Assembly: GCA_965637545.1 (NCBI GenBank)
Contig: OZ281496.1
Coordinates: forward strand, 20,770,001 to 20,834,000
Direction: 5' to 3'
Length of the DNA stretch: 64,000 bases
DNA from: Phallusia mammillata
Lineage: Eukaryota
Below, piece by piece: positions 34,550 through 47,233 of the stretch (its first letter is position 1; every line of letters begins with the position of its first letter). The notes under the pieces were generated by a model that saw only the letters and a list, made by a program, of their open reading frames with translations, did no database searches and was not told the DNA's origin. The position numbers and the translations under genes were made by a program.

Positions 34550-37165
34550 ATGTTGAAGTTTTTTGCATTAGTCTGTTTGTTTGGGCTTGTGAATTGTTAT
34601 AAGTTTGGAAAGTTCGGGAAAACTTTCCCCAAAGTTCGTGCATGGAAGAATGACAATAATGCTGCATGCGGTGAGTTTATGATTTGATCTTTTTTTGCTA
34701 AATTGGCATGCATTACGTATTGTTTAAGTATAAGTCAGCAAAATTTACATGCTATAGTTTCATTCACTAACGAATGACGTGGGCTTACAGCGCGTCCTAA
34801 GTTGGTACCTGTTTTTTTGTAATGCATATTTGCAGAAACGAAACAAATCGTAAAAGTCGTTTGTATTCACTGAAAATAAACTTTAAATTTGGAAATATCC
34901 ACAAACCAGTTTTATTCGCAATTTTGTACATTCTGTACATTTTCTTCCAACAGAACCCCAGTGCAAAAACCACGCCACAATCTGCAAAGTTCCGGGAATC
35001 ATAAAACTTTGCAAAACTCAACAACTGGTAAAAGTAATGGAGAAAAACTGCCCTCTATTGTGTGGTTTCTGCAAACCATGTTCCAGGGGTTGCATAGGTA
35101 GGTTTTTAACGCTAGCAGCTGCAAGTGGGCTAATTTTTTCATTTGACTTTTTTGAAAATGCACACAATTGGGGCTATGTAGGATAGGGTTGTAAAAAAGT
35201 AACACTAAAACAAAAATCTGATCTTAGATACCAAGGCTTATAGTTTGCTAGTACTAATTTCAGTATACTCAAGCACTTCAGGCAAAGAACACTATGAAAA
35301 GGCAAATAAACTTACAGCTATCTTCATGTAGATTAGTCTTGTTGCATTAAAGGCAAATTAGCAATTGTCATACCTATTGTGCAGATCCCAAATGTAAAGA
35401 CCAGATCTTATTCTGTCCTGCCATGGCAACAAAAAAGAATTGTAATACGGATCCTAATCTAAGACAGCTTTGCCGAAAGTCATGTGGAACTTGTCCAGCA
35501 TGTCCTAAAACACAACAACAAAAATTGAAATGCTCCAAAGGTATGTCATTTACACAAATAAAAGTATCTTTACCCATAATACATCTTTCATCAAATTGAT
35601 TGTTTTGTGCCACAGATTGTATTGATTCATCAACAAAATGCAAACAATATGCTTCTATTCGTGAAATGTGTGGTGATGATTCTCCACACTATGATTTTAT
35701 GCAAAAACACTGCAAACTCAGTTGCAAGCTATGTAGAAAATGTAACTTAACCATGGCTCGTGGCAAACAAATAAAAACTGCAAAGCTAAACAGACCTACA
35801 ACAAGAAAACAAGGTAATGATCCTACTTGTTATGAAGTAAATAACAACAAAGCTTAAAGTAATCAAGTTGATTAAGTTTCAAATTAGATGATTTAGTTTT
35901 ATTCAACTTTTTTACACTTTAAAGAATGCAGGAGAGATGTTGCATCTGAATCAACAGTAGAAGCACAGTGTCTAGGAGCACACAATTTTTTCAGATGTTT
36001 GCATGGAAGTCCACCACTGAATTATGACTTAAAATTGGCGAACCAAGCAAGACAATATGCAATTCATTTGGCTGAAAGTGGAAAGCCAGGTGATAAAGGG
36101 ATGGAACATTCCAAAAAAGGTGAAGTTACCCCTTGTTTGGACACTGTGCAACAGCATTCAGCAAAAATGTATTCTACGATTTAATACAAAATTAAGAGCA
36201 TAACTTTTTAGTGACAGCAAGATATGTACAAATTTACAAAAAAACAAACAATATTGTTTCCAGGAGTGGATCGTGGAAATGATGTTGGGGAAAATTTGGC
36301 ATGGAGATGGGCAGTTAACAACAGATATAATGTCAGCCAAGCAATTTCTGATTGGTACACAGGGGAAATGCAATATGACTTCGATAAACCTGGATTTTCA
36401 AACACAACAGGTAATTTTGAGGCATTCAAGTCACTTAAAATGTAGTTGACTATTTTACTGAGGTTTTAGAAACCACATAAATGTGCGTACTAAAAGCATA
36501 TTTTTGTATTTTTGCATTGTTTTAGCTTATTGGTTTTGACAGGTAAATCACTACAACTAATACGTCTAACAATTTGGGTACAAACCTAATTAGGAATCTT
36601 ATGCAACATGTAAGTTTTTATTTATATTGCTTTTTCTGCAGGGCATTTCACTCAGCTGGTATGGAAAGATACACAATCAGTTGGATGTGCTATTGCAAGA
36701 GTTGGCCATGAGGTCTATGTGGTAGCCCAATACAGCAAAAAAGGAAACTCTCCAAATGGATTTGCACACAATGTTCAGAGATTGAAATCAGGTATTTTTT
36801 CTTTCAATGATTTAACAAGTTCTAAACTAAGTTTTGACACTTAGAATATTTATAAGCATTAATACCCAATTAGCCTTGTTAACCAAAATCTCCATTTCTT
36901 TTTAAATAACTTGGTTTGTTTAGATGTGTGTGAGGCAAAATGTAAAGCTGGAACATGTCAAGGTCAAGATGCCAACACCTCAACTTGCAAGTGCACTGGG
37001 CCACAAAACAATACAGTTCCAGAATGCACCAAACGGTGTGTTGCATATTGTCCCAAGCCTATGAATCATATTGGATCCTGGTTGGAAAGATGTGAAGGCA
37101 GTACCTCGTGCAAATGCATTTCATCCAAAAAGCAAAAACTTTGGCCAGGAGCCCAGTGCATTTAA
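34550..37165 (+). CDS. Gene C: secreted ShKx3-CAP-Cys12 protein (basic, CpG-depleted copy)
   Basis: Exons 34550-34670, 34954-35097, 35385-35540, 35616-35813, 35925-36119, 36264-36410, 36642-36791, 36924-37165. Signal MLKFFALVCLFGLVNC; CPLLCGFC, CRKSCGTC, CKLSCKLC; AHNFFRCLH, MEHS, VGENLAW, GHFTQLVW. TATATAAG near 34468, AATAAA near 37238. Confidence 0.92.
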
Positions 37166-38550
37166 ATGTTGCAGATTCTAAAAGAGTTCTATATATATGT
37201 TATTAATTTAGAATTTTGTAAGATGTTTTCACATAAAAATAAACATTTTTGACACACAGTAGTTTTTTACTGATTTTTTGTATTTATGTACTATTTATTT
37301 ATAATTTTAAATCCAATACTATTGTATTTTGTTTGTGCTGACATGTTTATGTGTATCATTTTGCGTAATAAACCAAAAATTACATCAATAATTAATCAAA
37401 GTGTTAACAACATGTTTTTGTACCACACACAAAGAAAAACAAGGCACTTTTCAAAAAACAGGAAAGTTGCTGTATAAAATAAATTAAACAAAATTTAAAA
37501 TACTTAAGCCAAAAGTTTTTGGGTGCTGTTTTATCCATCAGACTAACACAACAAATTCTCCCATACTTAGGTTTACAATAGCCTAAAATACACTAAAAGT
37601 GCACCTCAAATTTGGTTGCTCTTTTGTGCAACGCCTAAATAGAAAAAAGTAACGTAAACCGAGTCTACTGCATCACTTTTAATAATTTCGACAAGATTAA
37701 TATTTTCGTGCAAATCAACTTTACCACTTTTCTGAGCAGTTTTCTTATGCTTACCGACATTCGATTTTCGGTTAAATTTCGCGGGAAACGCATGAACATT
37801 GACATTATTGACAATGATTGGTGCATACCGCACCCCCCTTTTTTTGAAGTAATGACAAAACCATTAACTATTTGTATCTGCGTAAGGAGTGGATGGACAA
37901 AATCTTGTAAGCCGTTGATATCCCGAATAATAAAGCAATTTATCGTTTCGTAGCAAGTCTTGGTTTATTAGATGGCAAAAACGTGTCAGGTTTTTATCAA
38001 TATCCAGATTTTTAACTTGATTTGTAAGGGAACTAAACTTTAGTTGCACCGCAGATGACTTTATAATGACAAATGTGATCCATTATTAACTTAAAAGCAT
38101 GTGACCATTTTAAGCATTATTCGAGCACTTGGTCGTTTGTATCTGCTTGTTACAAATCGTTTGTCCACATTATAGTGCAGGGGTGGCCAACCCGCGGCTC
38201 GCGAGCCGCGTGCGGCTCTTCGCCTGGTTTTATGCGGCTCTTAAGTTGTTGTCGAAGTTTGGGGCCATTGTGTATATTTGGGTTAGTATGTGGCGATCTG
38301 GTACAAAAAGAGTTAAATTTAAAGTAAAGCTTTAACAATTTTGCTTTTGAACAAACTTATTATCGGTATGGCCACAAACCTTGCCTTAAAACTGCAACTT
38401 TATGTGCCAAATGTGTTGATTATGATGGCATATATTCAATTGTGAACAATGAATAATTGCTCATTGTTGGGTACAATGCGAATAAGACACAAAGCAACAG
38501 CAATATTTACAACAAATGTGATCCAAAGTAAATAATGCTTCAATACGTTG

Positions 38551-39228
38551 TGTAACATCGTAAATCACTCAACCGTAACCTAGGTCACATCTTATATGGT
38601 GTGATTGCACCACAATGTCAGAATCCCCTATGACGTAACAATATCATTGTGGTTATTTCTCTATGCTGTGCTTTTGGCCATTTAGTATTGAGTTTAGTTT
38701 GGACCACGTGTAGTTCGTTAGTTGCTGACTTAAATTTGCAAGCGTTAGATAAAGTAATGAAAGTGACTAAATATAATTTGTTTGTCATTAATAGATGGTA
38801 ATGCTAACTTTATAACTCTGACGAAAAAGGAATAATGTTGCCTTTGCAAGGTAAGCTTGATTTGCATTAAAGTTGTCTTATCGCAATTAACCGTATATTA
38901 AAAGTCTACGTTTTTATCTGTGTAGAACACTTTCTGGTGATATCAAACTGTGTTTATCTTTGATACCCTGGTCCAAAACTCTGGTAAGCTTTATTTCTGC
39001 CGGTATAAATTTAATTTCTGTTTCGCATTTTTGAGTGAATGTTCTCTTTGCAGAAAACCGTGATTATCTTGTCGTATTGAACCGTGTCTATCGTGTCGTG
39101 TCGTGTCTACCGTGAACGTGACGTGATTACCGTGTCGACGTGTAAAATAAATTCACGCGTTTCCAGAAATTGGACTTATCTAGTGTGACGCCAGCGCGGT
39201 ACCAGGCGCGCAAATTCCTGACGTTACA
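38551..39228 (+). repeat. 5' LTR of BEL/Pao #2
   Basis: Direct repeat of 45559-46231; AATAAA near 39146. Confidence 0.96.
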
Positions 39229-39344
39229 TTAAAGTTTTCAGAGTTTCCTGAAAATAAAGTTTTCAGAGTTACCTGGAAATAAAGTTTCCAGTGGCTACTA
39301 TACATAAAGATTCCAGAGTTATCTATAAAGCGAATTTCGCCACG

Positions 39345-42300
39345 ATGGCTGAAGATTTGGAAAAGACACCATCTCCGATGGAATCGCCGGTGCCTACACG
39401 TTTGAGACCATTTGCTGCACAATCTACGCCGATGTGCAGATAAATTGAATAGCTGGTATGTTGTGGCTGAAACTGGCATTCCAAATAAAGAGCATTCCAC
39501 GTTGCGAGTGGCTCAAAAACAAATTGACGAAAACTACACGATACTTCACAGTATGTACGATGCATTTATTAATTCATGTAACGACCCAGAGAAACTTGCT
39601 GCCTCCAAAGAAGATTTAAAATCTCTTGAGCAGAGCAAACTTGAATTCGAAACTAGAGTATCAGAGCTACCGCCTTCCAAAATGCCTGACTCACTGCCAG
39701 AACTTGTTCTAAGTCCACAGTTCAGGGCCCCAACTGTTGTTTCCAGTAGGACGTCACGGTCTGGCCGCTCACGTTCATCTAGCGCGAGCACATCTGCTAC
39801 GGAGAGAAGTCGCCGAGAGGCAAAGGTAGAGCGGCAGCTTGCGCTAATCCGCCTCAAACAAATTGATGAGGAAAACGATCTTGCTAAGCGCGAAGCGCTT
39901 GAAATAGAAGAGCAGAGAAAACATGCCCTGGAAAAGGAAGAAAAACAGAGAAAGGCAGCGCTAGAACAAGAACAAAAACAAAGAAAGGCGGAAATTGCTC
40001 TACAAGCGGAAAAGCGGAAACTACAAGCAAAATACGAATTTCAGGCTGCCGACGCAAGAGCCAGAATCCTAAATGAAGACGACGAAGGTTTATCACAAAC
40101 GGACATGAGGTCCAACGACGATCAGGTTCCAGACGTAGTGACGGTTTTTCCGGATGATGCCTCCAATGACGGTATCATGACGTCCTCTGCTGCTAGGAAC
40201 TGTACGTTTCCTATCCGCGATAGAGAAGAACCACAGGAAAGTATGCGTCCTAGTGTACGTGTTCCTGTGACTAAAGCCCATTCAGTTGTTAAAGTGAACG
40301 AAGAAAACCCAGCTGTGCTTCCATACATAGTGAAGGCAGTTGGAGAGGGCATGAGTATGCCGAAGCCCGATCACATGACGTTCTCGGGCAATCCTACTGA
40401 TTATTGGATGTTTGTACGCTACTTTGAATCCAATCTTGAATGCAAAACACGGAGCGATGATATGCGATTGACACTGCTTATAAATCAGTGCAAGGGAAAA
40501 GCGAGGTCTTTAATTGAACATTGCTCTGTTCTAGATACGAAAGAAGGTTATCCCAAGGCCAGAAGCATTCTTTATGAGAACTTCGGTAAGCCCTACATAG
40601 TTGCTAGAGCCTTTGTTGAAGAGTTAACTAAGGGTCCGAACTTGAAGCCCGACGATGCTACTGGAATGCGTACTTATGCGCAAACTATGAGGAAATGTCT
40701 ATTGGTACTTCACCAGCTAGGAAATTTTGCTGATCTCAACACAGTTGACCGTTTAGTGGCTCTTGCAAATAGGCTCCCGTACGAGTCGCAAAAGCTTTGG
40801 CGCCGCCGAGTCGCGCAGACTGTAAGGAAAACCGGAAGAGAAGCGGATTTTGCCGATCTCGTTGAGTTCGTCGAAGAAGAGTCTGCCGTTGTAAATACTT
40901 TACCTGGTCAATTGTGTGTTTCCCGAAAGGCTGAAGAAAAGAAACGCCCCGCAAAACCCGGTGGGAGGAACGTTACCTGTGCGACTGTGACCACAAACCA
41001 GAGTCCTGCTCCTGTGTCACCAATAAGCTGCCCGTGTTGTAAACGAAATCACGTGTTGGAAAGATGTGAAGTGTTCGGCAGAAAGTCCACGGTGCAGAGA
41101 AGAGAGTTTCTAAGAGATAAGTTTATGTGCTTTAACTGTTTTGGTTACCGACATACGTCAAGGGTGTGTACCCAGCCCAGTGCCTGTACTGTGAGAGGTT
41201 GCAACCTTTCACACCACACGTTGCTACATGAAAATATGCAAAATTCCGTGCGTTCCAGGACATACGCGCATGCTCCTGAGAGATACAACAGAGCTCCGCG
41301 CAGCGAACCTTCTAATGGACAGACATCGAGTTCTACAGCCAGGTGCAACGCGATAAAGAATTGTCATTCATCTTACTTTTCTGTTATTCCAGTGAAAATT
41401 CGGTCGAACGGTCAGGAGATCATAACGTACGCGTTCCTCGACCAAGGGTCTGACACAAGCTTCTATGACAAAAAGTTGGCAGATCTGCTTCCAATAAGAG
41501 GAAGACCAAAACAAGTTACGATGTCCAGCGTCGGAAGAAGACCGGCGAACCATAGCGGAATAAGCGCGAGTTTCAGCGTTTTATCATTAGATGGAAATGA
41601 AGAGATAAGTGTCGACAATGCTTTGTCCATCGACACCATACCAGTTGAGCCGAATCCGACACCAACAAAGTCGGAAGTGAACAGGTTTCCACACCTACAG
41701 GGTTTGGAATTTCCTGTGTTGGATGAAGGAGAGGTGCTACTACTTATCGGCACTGACGTCCCATACGCACATAGAGTACTGGAAATGAGAACAGGGGAAC
41801 GCAAGCAACCTTTTGCTGCGAGAACCCCGCTTGGATGGTCACTTGTTGGCCCATCCGTCTGCTATCCTGCTGTTGATAATATTTCGGTAAACTTCTTTAG
41901 ATGCAAAGAGACCCAGGAACTAAGCGGTGATTCTTGGGTGGACGAATTTATGCAAGACCCAAACGACTTGCCCTTTCCTACGTCAGTTGAAGACCGGAAG
42001 GTGCTACGCATGATGAAGAGCTCAGTGAAACACACGGACGGACATTTTTATTTGCCTCTTCCGTGGCGAAGTGATGTTACTTTACCGAAAGACAGCCGTC
42101 ACATGGCTGAACGACGGCTTTGGTCGCTGAAGAAACGCTTTTCGCGTGACGTCTCTCTTAAAGACAAGTATGTCCAGAAGATGCAAGACTACATTGATGA
42201 GGGATACGCAGAAGAAGTTACAAATGAAGAAGCCGAGGACGCTTCAGGCAAAACTCAATGGTATTTGCCACATCATCAAGTTTGCCACCCGCGCAAACCC

Positions 42301-45274
42301 GACAAGGTACGCATCGTTTTTGATTGCGCAGCGCAGCACAGAGGATTGTCTCTTAACGACGCCTTGCTGCAAGGTCCCGATTTGGTTAATAGTTTAATCG
42401 GTGTCTTGGAACGATTTCGTATGAACAGTATTGCTCTGGTAGCGGACGTGGAAGCAATGTTCCACCAGGTCCGCGTTCACAAGTCTGACATTGATGCTTT
42501 AAGGTTTTTGTGGTGGCCAGGGGGAGATCTATCCCGAACGCCCACCGTTCATCGTATGCTCGTGCACATTTTTGGCGCAACGTCATCGCCCAGCTGCGCC
42601 ACATTCTGCTTGCGTGAAACCGCCGAGCAGTTTGGAAAAATGTTTGATAAAGATGTTGGCGACATCGTCCGTAATGATTTTTACGTAGACGATTGTTTGA
42701 CGTCAGCCGAAACAGTCGAGCGTGCCACCGAGTTGGTCACGCAACTACGTGCCTTGCTGAAGAAAGGAGGATTTCGCCTGACCAAATGGCTATCTAACGA
42801 TCAACGTGTCTTGGATCAAATTCCAGAGGCAGAGAGAGCAAAATCGCTAACCGATGTAAACTTGGACGCTTCCGTAAAAGAGCGCGTTCTAGGTGTTTAC
42901 TGGCGGGTACAGAGTGACGAATTTGGATTCAGCATAACTGACACGATGCAAGGCAAGAAATTTACCCGACGCAATATTTTATGTGCTGTTAACACGCTTT
43001 ATGACCCTTTGGGTTTTGCCGCACCTGTAACTTTGATTGCTAAGGTGTTACAACAGGAAATAGTCCGACAGAAGCTGGGGTGGGATGACGAGCTGCCTAA
43101 AGACGATATTGAAGAATGGCGACGCTGGCTTTCTCAATTGCCGGAGCTCGAGAAGTTAACACTTCCCCGCTGCTTTAAGCCTCCTACTTTCGGCTCAGTC
43201 GCGAAGTGCGAGATGCACCATTTTTCGGATGCTTCAACTCAAGGCTATGGAATTGTGTCCTACCTTCGTCTGGAAGATGTTGATGGACAAGTCCACTGCT
43301 CGTTTCTATTTGGCAAATCGAAGGTGACACCCCCGAAAACTGAAAGCATTCCGAGGCTTGAACTTGCTGCTGCTGTCTTAGCTGTAAAAGCGGACAAATG
43401 GCTTAGAAGCCAATTAAAATTTGATAACTGCGAGTCCGTGTTTTGGACAGACTCGTGTGCCGTCCGACAAAGTATTTACAACCAAAGCAAACGCTTTGGT
43501 ACGTTTGTTGCCAACAGGTTGGCCGAAATTCATCGACAGACAAGTCCTGATCAATGGAGGCACGTAAATTCCCAGCTAAACCCCGCCGATGATGCTTCGC
43601 GACGTTTGTCCGTGCACAAGCTCATCCGCTCTCGATGGCTGACTGGTCCAAAGTTTCTTTGGCAAACTAAAGATCGATGGCCAACCCCGCCGGAGTTGAA
43701 GACTCAGCTTCCTCCAGAGTTCCAGCCAGCTGAGCGGAAGAGGATTGTTGTAAACGTTTCTGCACAGTCAGGGTCAACCGATCGTTTGCTGAATCGATAT
43801 TCATCTCTTCATAACCTGAAGACAACGGTCGCATGGCTGCTGCGTTTTAAGTCGTTCCTGCGCTCAAAGATTTCCGTGCCCACCGGCAAGCTGAGCGTGG
43901 ATGAGCTGAAGGATGCGGAGTTAGAGATAATAAAGTATGTGCAACGCCAGTGTTTCGCTCCTGCTATCGACGTTTTGTCCAGCGACGGACAATCCGATAG
44001 GGAGCTGCAAAGGAAATTGAAGAAATCGCCACACGCTAATTCGTTGGCGAAACTTAGCCCCCAGGTTTTCAATGGCCTACTGCGAATTGGGGGGAGATTG
44101 GAAAAAGCGCCTATTGCCTTTGACGCAAAACACCCGATTATACTGCCGTATGATCACCACCTAACAAGAATGATTATTCAAAGCCATCATCAAGAAGTTG
44201 GCCATTGTGGAACTGCTCATACCTGGACGTCACTGCGCCAGCTCTTCTGGATTATTAAGGGAGGCGCCGCTGTGAGGAAGGAACTCAGCAATTGCATGCT
44301 GTGTCGCAAGAGAACCGTACGACGAGGACAACAGCAAATGGCGGAACTGCCATTCGCCCGATTGAAGCCTGATGAGCCACCGTTTACTTACGTTGGCATT
44401 GACTACTTCGGTCCATTCATGGTGAAGCGAGGAAGAAGTGAAACGAAAAGTTATGGGTGCATATTCACCTGCTTGACTATGCGAGCTGTACACATCGAGG
44501 TGGCACCTGATTTATCCACTGATGCATTTATCAATGCCCTGCGTCGATTCATAGGAAGAAGAGGCAGACCAAAGGAGATATACAGCGATAACGGCACGAA
44601 CTTTGTTGGTGCTGAAAGAGTATTACGTGAAGCCCTACAAGGTCTCCAGCAGTCCCGACTAGAATCGTACTTTAAACGACTGGAAATCAAGTGGAATTTC
44701 AATTGTCCCGCTGCTTCCCACATGGGAGGTTCGTGGGAGAGAATGATTAGATCTATTCGTCGCATCCTAAATGCGATGTTAACAAGAAACCAACCGATCG
44801 GTGCGGACATGTTGCAAACTTTGATGATCGAAGTGGAAAGCATTTTAAATTCCAGACCGTTGACACCGATCAGCTTCACTTCTACTGAAGATGAACCACT
44901 GACGCCCAACCATTTGTTGTGTTCCAGTGGGACTTATCAATCCAAAGGACTGCTATAGCCGAAGACGATGGAAACAAATCCAACTTCTCGCCGATGATTT
45001 CTGGAGAAGATGGTCTCGGGAATATTTGCCCACAATTGCCTTACGCCAAAAGTGGCCTGACCGACAACGCAATTTCCAACCGGGAGATGTGGTGATGATC
45101 GTTGATGAGACTCAGCCTCGACGTCGATGGGAGATTGGACGCGTTCTGCACGCGTTTCCGGACAAACACGGTGTTGTCCGCCAAGTCAACGTTAAAACGC
45201 AATCCGGTTCCACGTATAGACGGCCGATTGCAAAGTTGTGCTTGCTCTGTGAGGCGAGCACCCAATGCCAATAA
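39345..45274 (+). CDS. gag-pol: BEL/Pao gag-pol polyprotein with frameshifts near 39405 and 44920
   Basis: Likely start ATG at 39345 (CCACGATGG) is out of frame with the 1848-aa ORF 39412-44958; the C-terminus continues in 44927-45274. Three Cys-His knuckles, [44 protein letters not shown]. Confidence 0.93.
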
Positions 45275-45558
45275 GTGCATCCGACGCATTCAGGCCACGC
45301 AGTCGTCGAACTGGCCCTGAATTGCGGTGCACAAGATCCTAATTGCGATGAAAGAAGAAATATCATGGACGCTATGCTGTTTGCTGCGTTATACATGCCG
45401 CACTCTGAAATACGCCAGGTTGGAACTTTGCTCACCAACGGCGTTTCGCGACGCGACTGTTTAGCTTTCGTGTGTGTTTTCGCTGTTTCATGATTCGATG
45501 TTTTCTTGGTTTGTTTGTAAATGTGTTTGAAGTGTAAGCACACATTTAGGGGGGAGAA

Positions 45559-46231
45559 TGTAACATCGTAAATCACTCAACCGTAACCTACGTCACATCT
45601 TATATGGTGTGATTGCACCACAATGCCAGAATCCCCTATGACGTAACAATATCATTGTGGTTATTTCTCTATGCTGTGCTTTTGGCCATTTAGTATTGAG
45701 TTTAGTTTGGACCACGTGTAGTTCGTTAGTTGCTGACTTAAATTTGCAAGCGTTAGATAAAGTAATGAAAGTGACTAAATATAATTTGTTTGTCATTAAT
45801 AGATGGTAATGCTAACTTTATAACTCTGACGAAAAAGGAATAATGTTGCCTTTGCAAGGTAAGCTTGATTTGCATTAAAGTTGTCTTATCGCAATTAACC
45901 GTATATTAAAAGTCTACGTTTTTATCTGTGTAGAACACTTTCTGGTGATATCAAACTGTGTTTATCTTTGATACCCTGGTCCAAAACTCTGGTAAGCTTT
46001 ATTTCTGCCGGTATAAATTTAATTTCTGTTTCGCATTTTTGAGTGAATGTTCTCTTTGCAGAAAACCGTGATTATCTTGTCGTATTGAACCGTGTCTGTC
46101 GTGTCGTGTCTACCGTGAACGTGACGTGATTACCGTGTCGACGTGTAAAATAAATTCACGCGTTTCCAGAAATTGGACTTATCTAGTGTGACGCCAGCGC
46201 GGTACCAGGCGCGCAAATTCCTGACGTTACA
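45559..46231 (+). repeat. 3' LTR of BEL/Pao #2
   Basis: After the PPT, followed by TSD CGTTG. Confidence 0.96.
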
Positions 46232-47233
46232 CGTTGTTTTTCGGGTTATGACAAACGTTATATTTTATCGGTAGTTTGTCTTGGGTTTGAATTGAGCGAT
46301 TGTTGGTGGTGAATGCATTAATGACGTCGCAATGAATTTAGTTTCGCCACTTTGCACTTGGGGCACATGCGCGTTAGGTGTTTGGGGCGCGTGCTCGTTA
46401 GATGAAAATACCGCAAGTTTCTTTTAAATTAAGGGAAAATCTTTTAAATAAACAATTTTTGTCAAGTTAGCCTTCAAATTGGCAGTGAAAAAAGATTTTA
46501 GCAATTTACCAGAAATGAATCTCACCGCACGTTATATATAGAATGAGAAAAAAGGGGTATTTTAATTCATATGTTTTTGTTTGATGGATTCGTTGAAATG
46601 AGAGTTTTGTGTGAGAGACAGTGTTTTCACTGACCATTTATTGTTGAAAATGACTGGTCCGTGGTAGGTACAAGTCAAATTGTGTCATTATTATGTTGGT
46701 GTGCGACATTTAGAATAGATCTGGCTAAGCACAGGTCTCTGTGTGTGAGGAAGGGACGAGCCATTAAACATATGTGCTTATGTGTATAATGTGGCTCTTT
46801 GTGGTAACACAATAAAAAATATGGCTCTTAGGCTTTGACCGGTTGGCCACCCCTGTTATAGTGTTTAATCGCACATATGATGACCAGAACAAAAAGGACA
46901 AAACACCGAGTGAGTGTCTTGAAGTACATCATATTGTAATTTATATTTTACACAAAAGCGGTAGCCTTTATTGTTGCATAATATCATTGGTTGACTACGT
47001 TGTGATGTCCTTTAATTTGGTTACATAAAAATTAGCAAAACAAAGAAGCGTTTCCTTAATTAGGGTACAAGAAAACAGAACCTCTCGTACAAACGCAATC
47101 ACTTAAACCAGTGGTTTTTAACCTTTTTTCCTTGCTGCACCCCTTTCAAATCACCAACCAAATTTCGAACCCCCTGGGGTTTTGTATTTGTATAGGATAG
47201 ACCTAACCAACCTTAATGATTCAGCATCCTCGC

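Larger units (their letters stand above)
38551..46231 (+). mobile_element. Full-length but defective BEL/Pao LTR retrotransposon #2
   Basis: LTRs 38551-39228 (678 bp) and 45559-46231 (673 bp) differ by two substitutions and a 5-bp indel that I could see; TGTAAC..GTTACA ends; TSD CGTTG; PPT AGGGGGGAGAA at 45548-45558. Confidence 0.97.
38178..46855. mobile_element. Non-autonomous hAT element of about 1 kb, split by BEL/Pao #2
   Basis: 15-bp TIR CAGGGGTGGCCAACC / GGTTGGCCACCCCTG, 8-bp TSD TTATAGTG (38170-38177, 46856-46863). Confidence 0.92.

Noticed and set aside
39231-39330. CRISPR-like short repeat array
   Set aside because: Eukaryotic retrotransposon leader with no unique spacers of CRISPR length and no cas genes.
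45275-45576. Possible env or extra ORF after pol of element #2
   Set aside because: Only 72 aa on the plus strand, non-ATG start, no signal peptide or transmembrane pattern.
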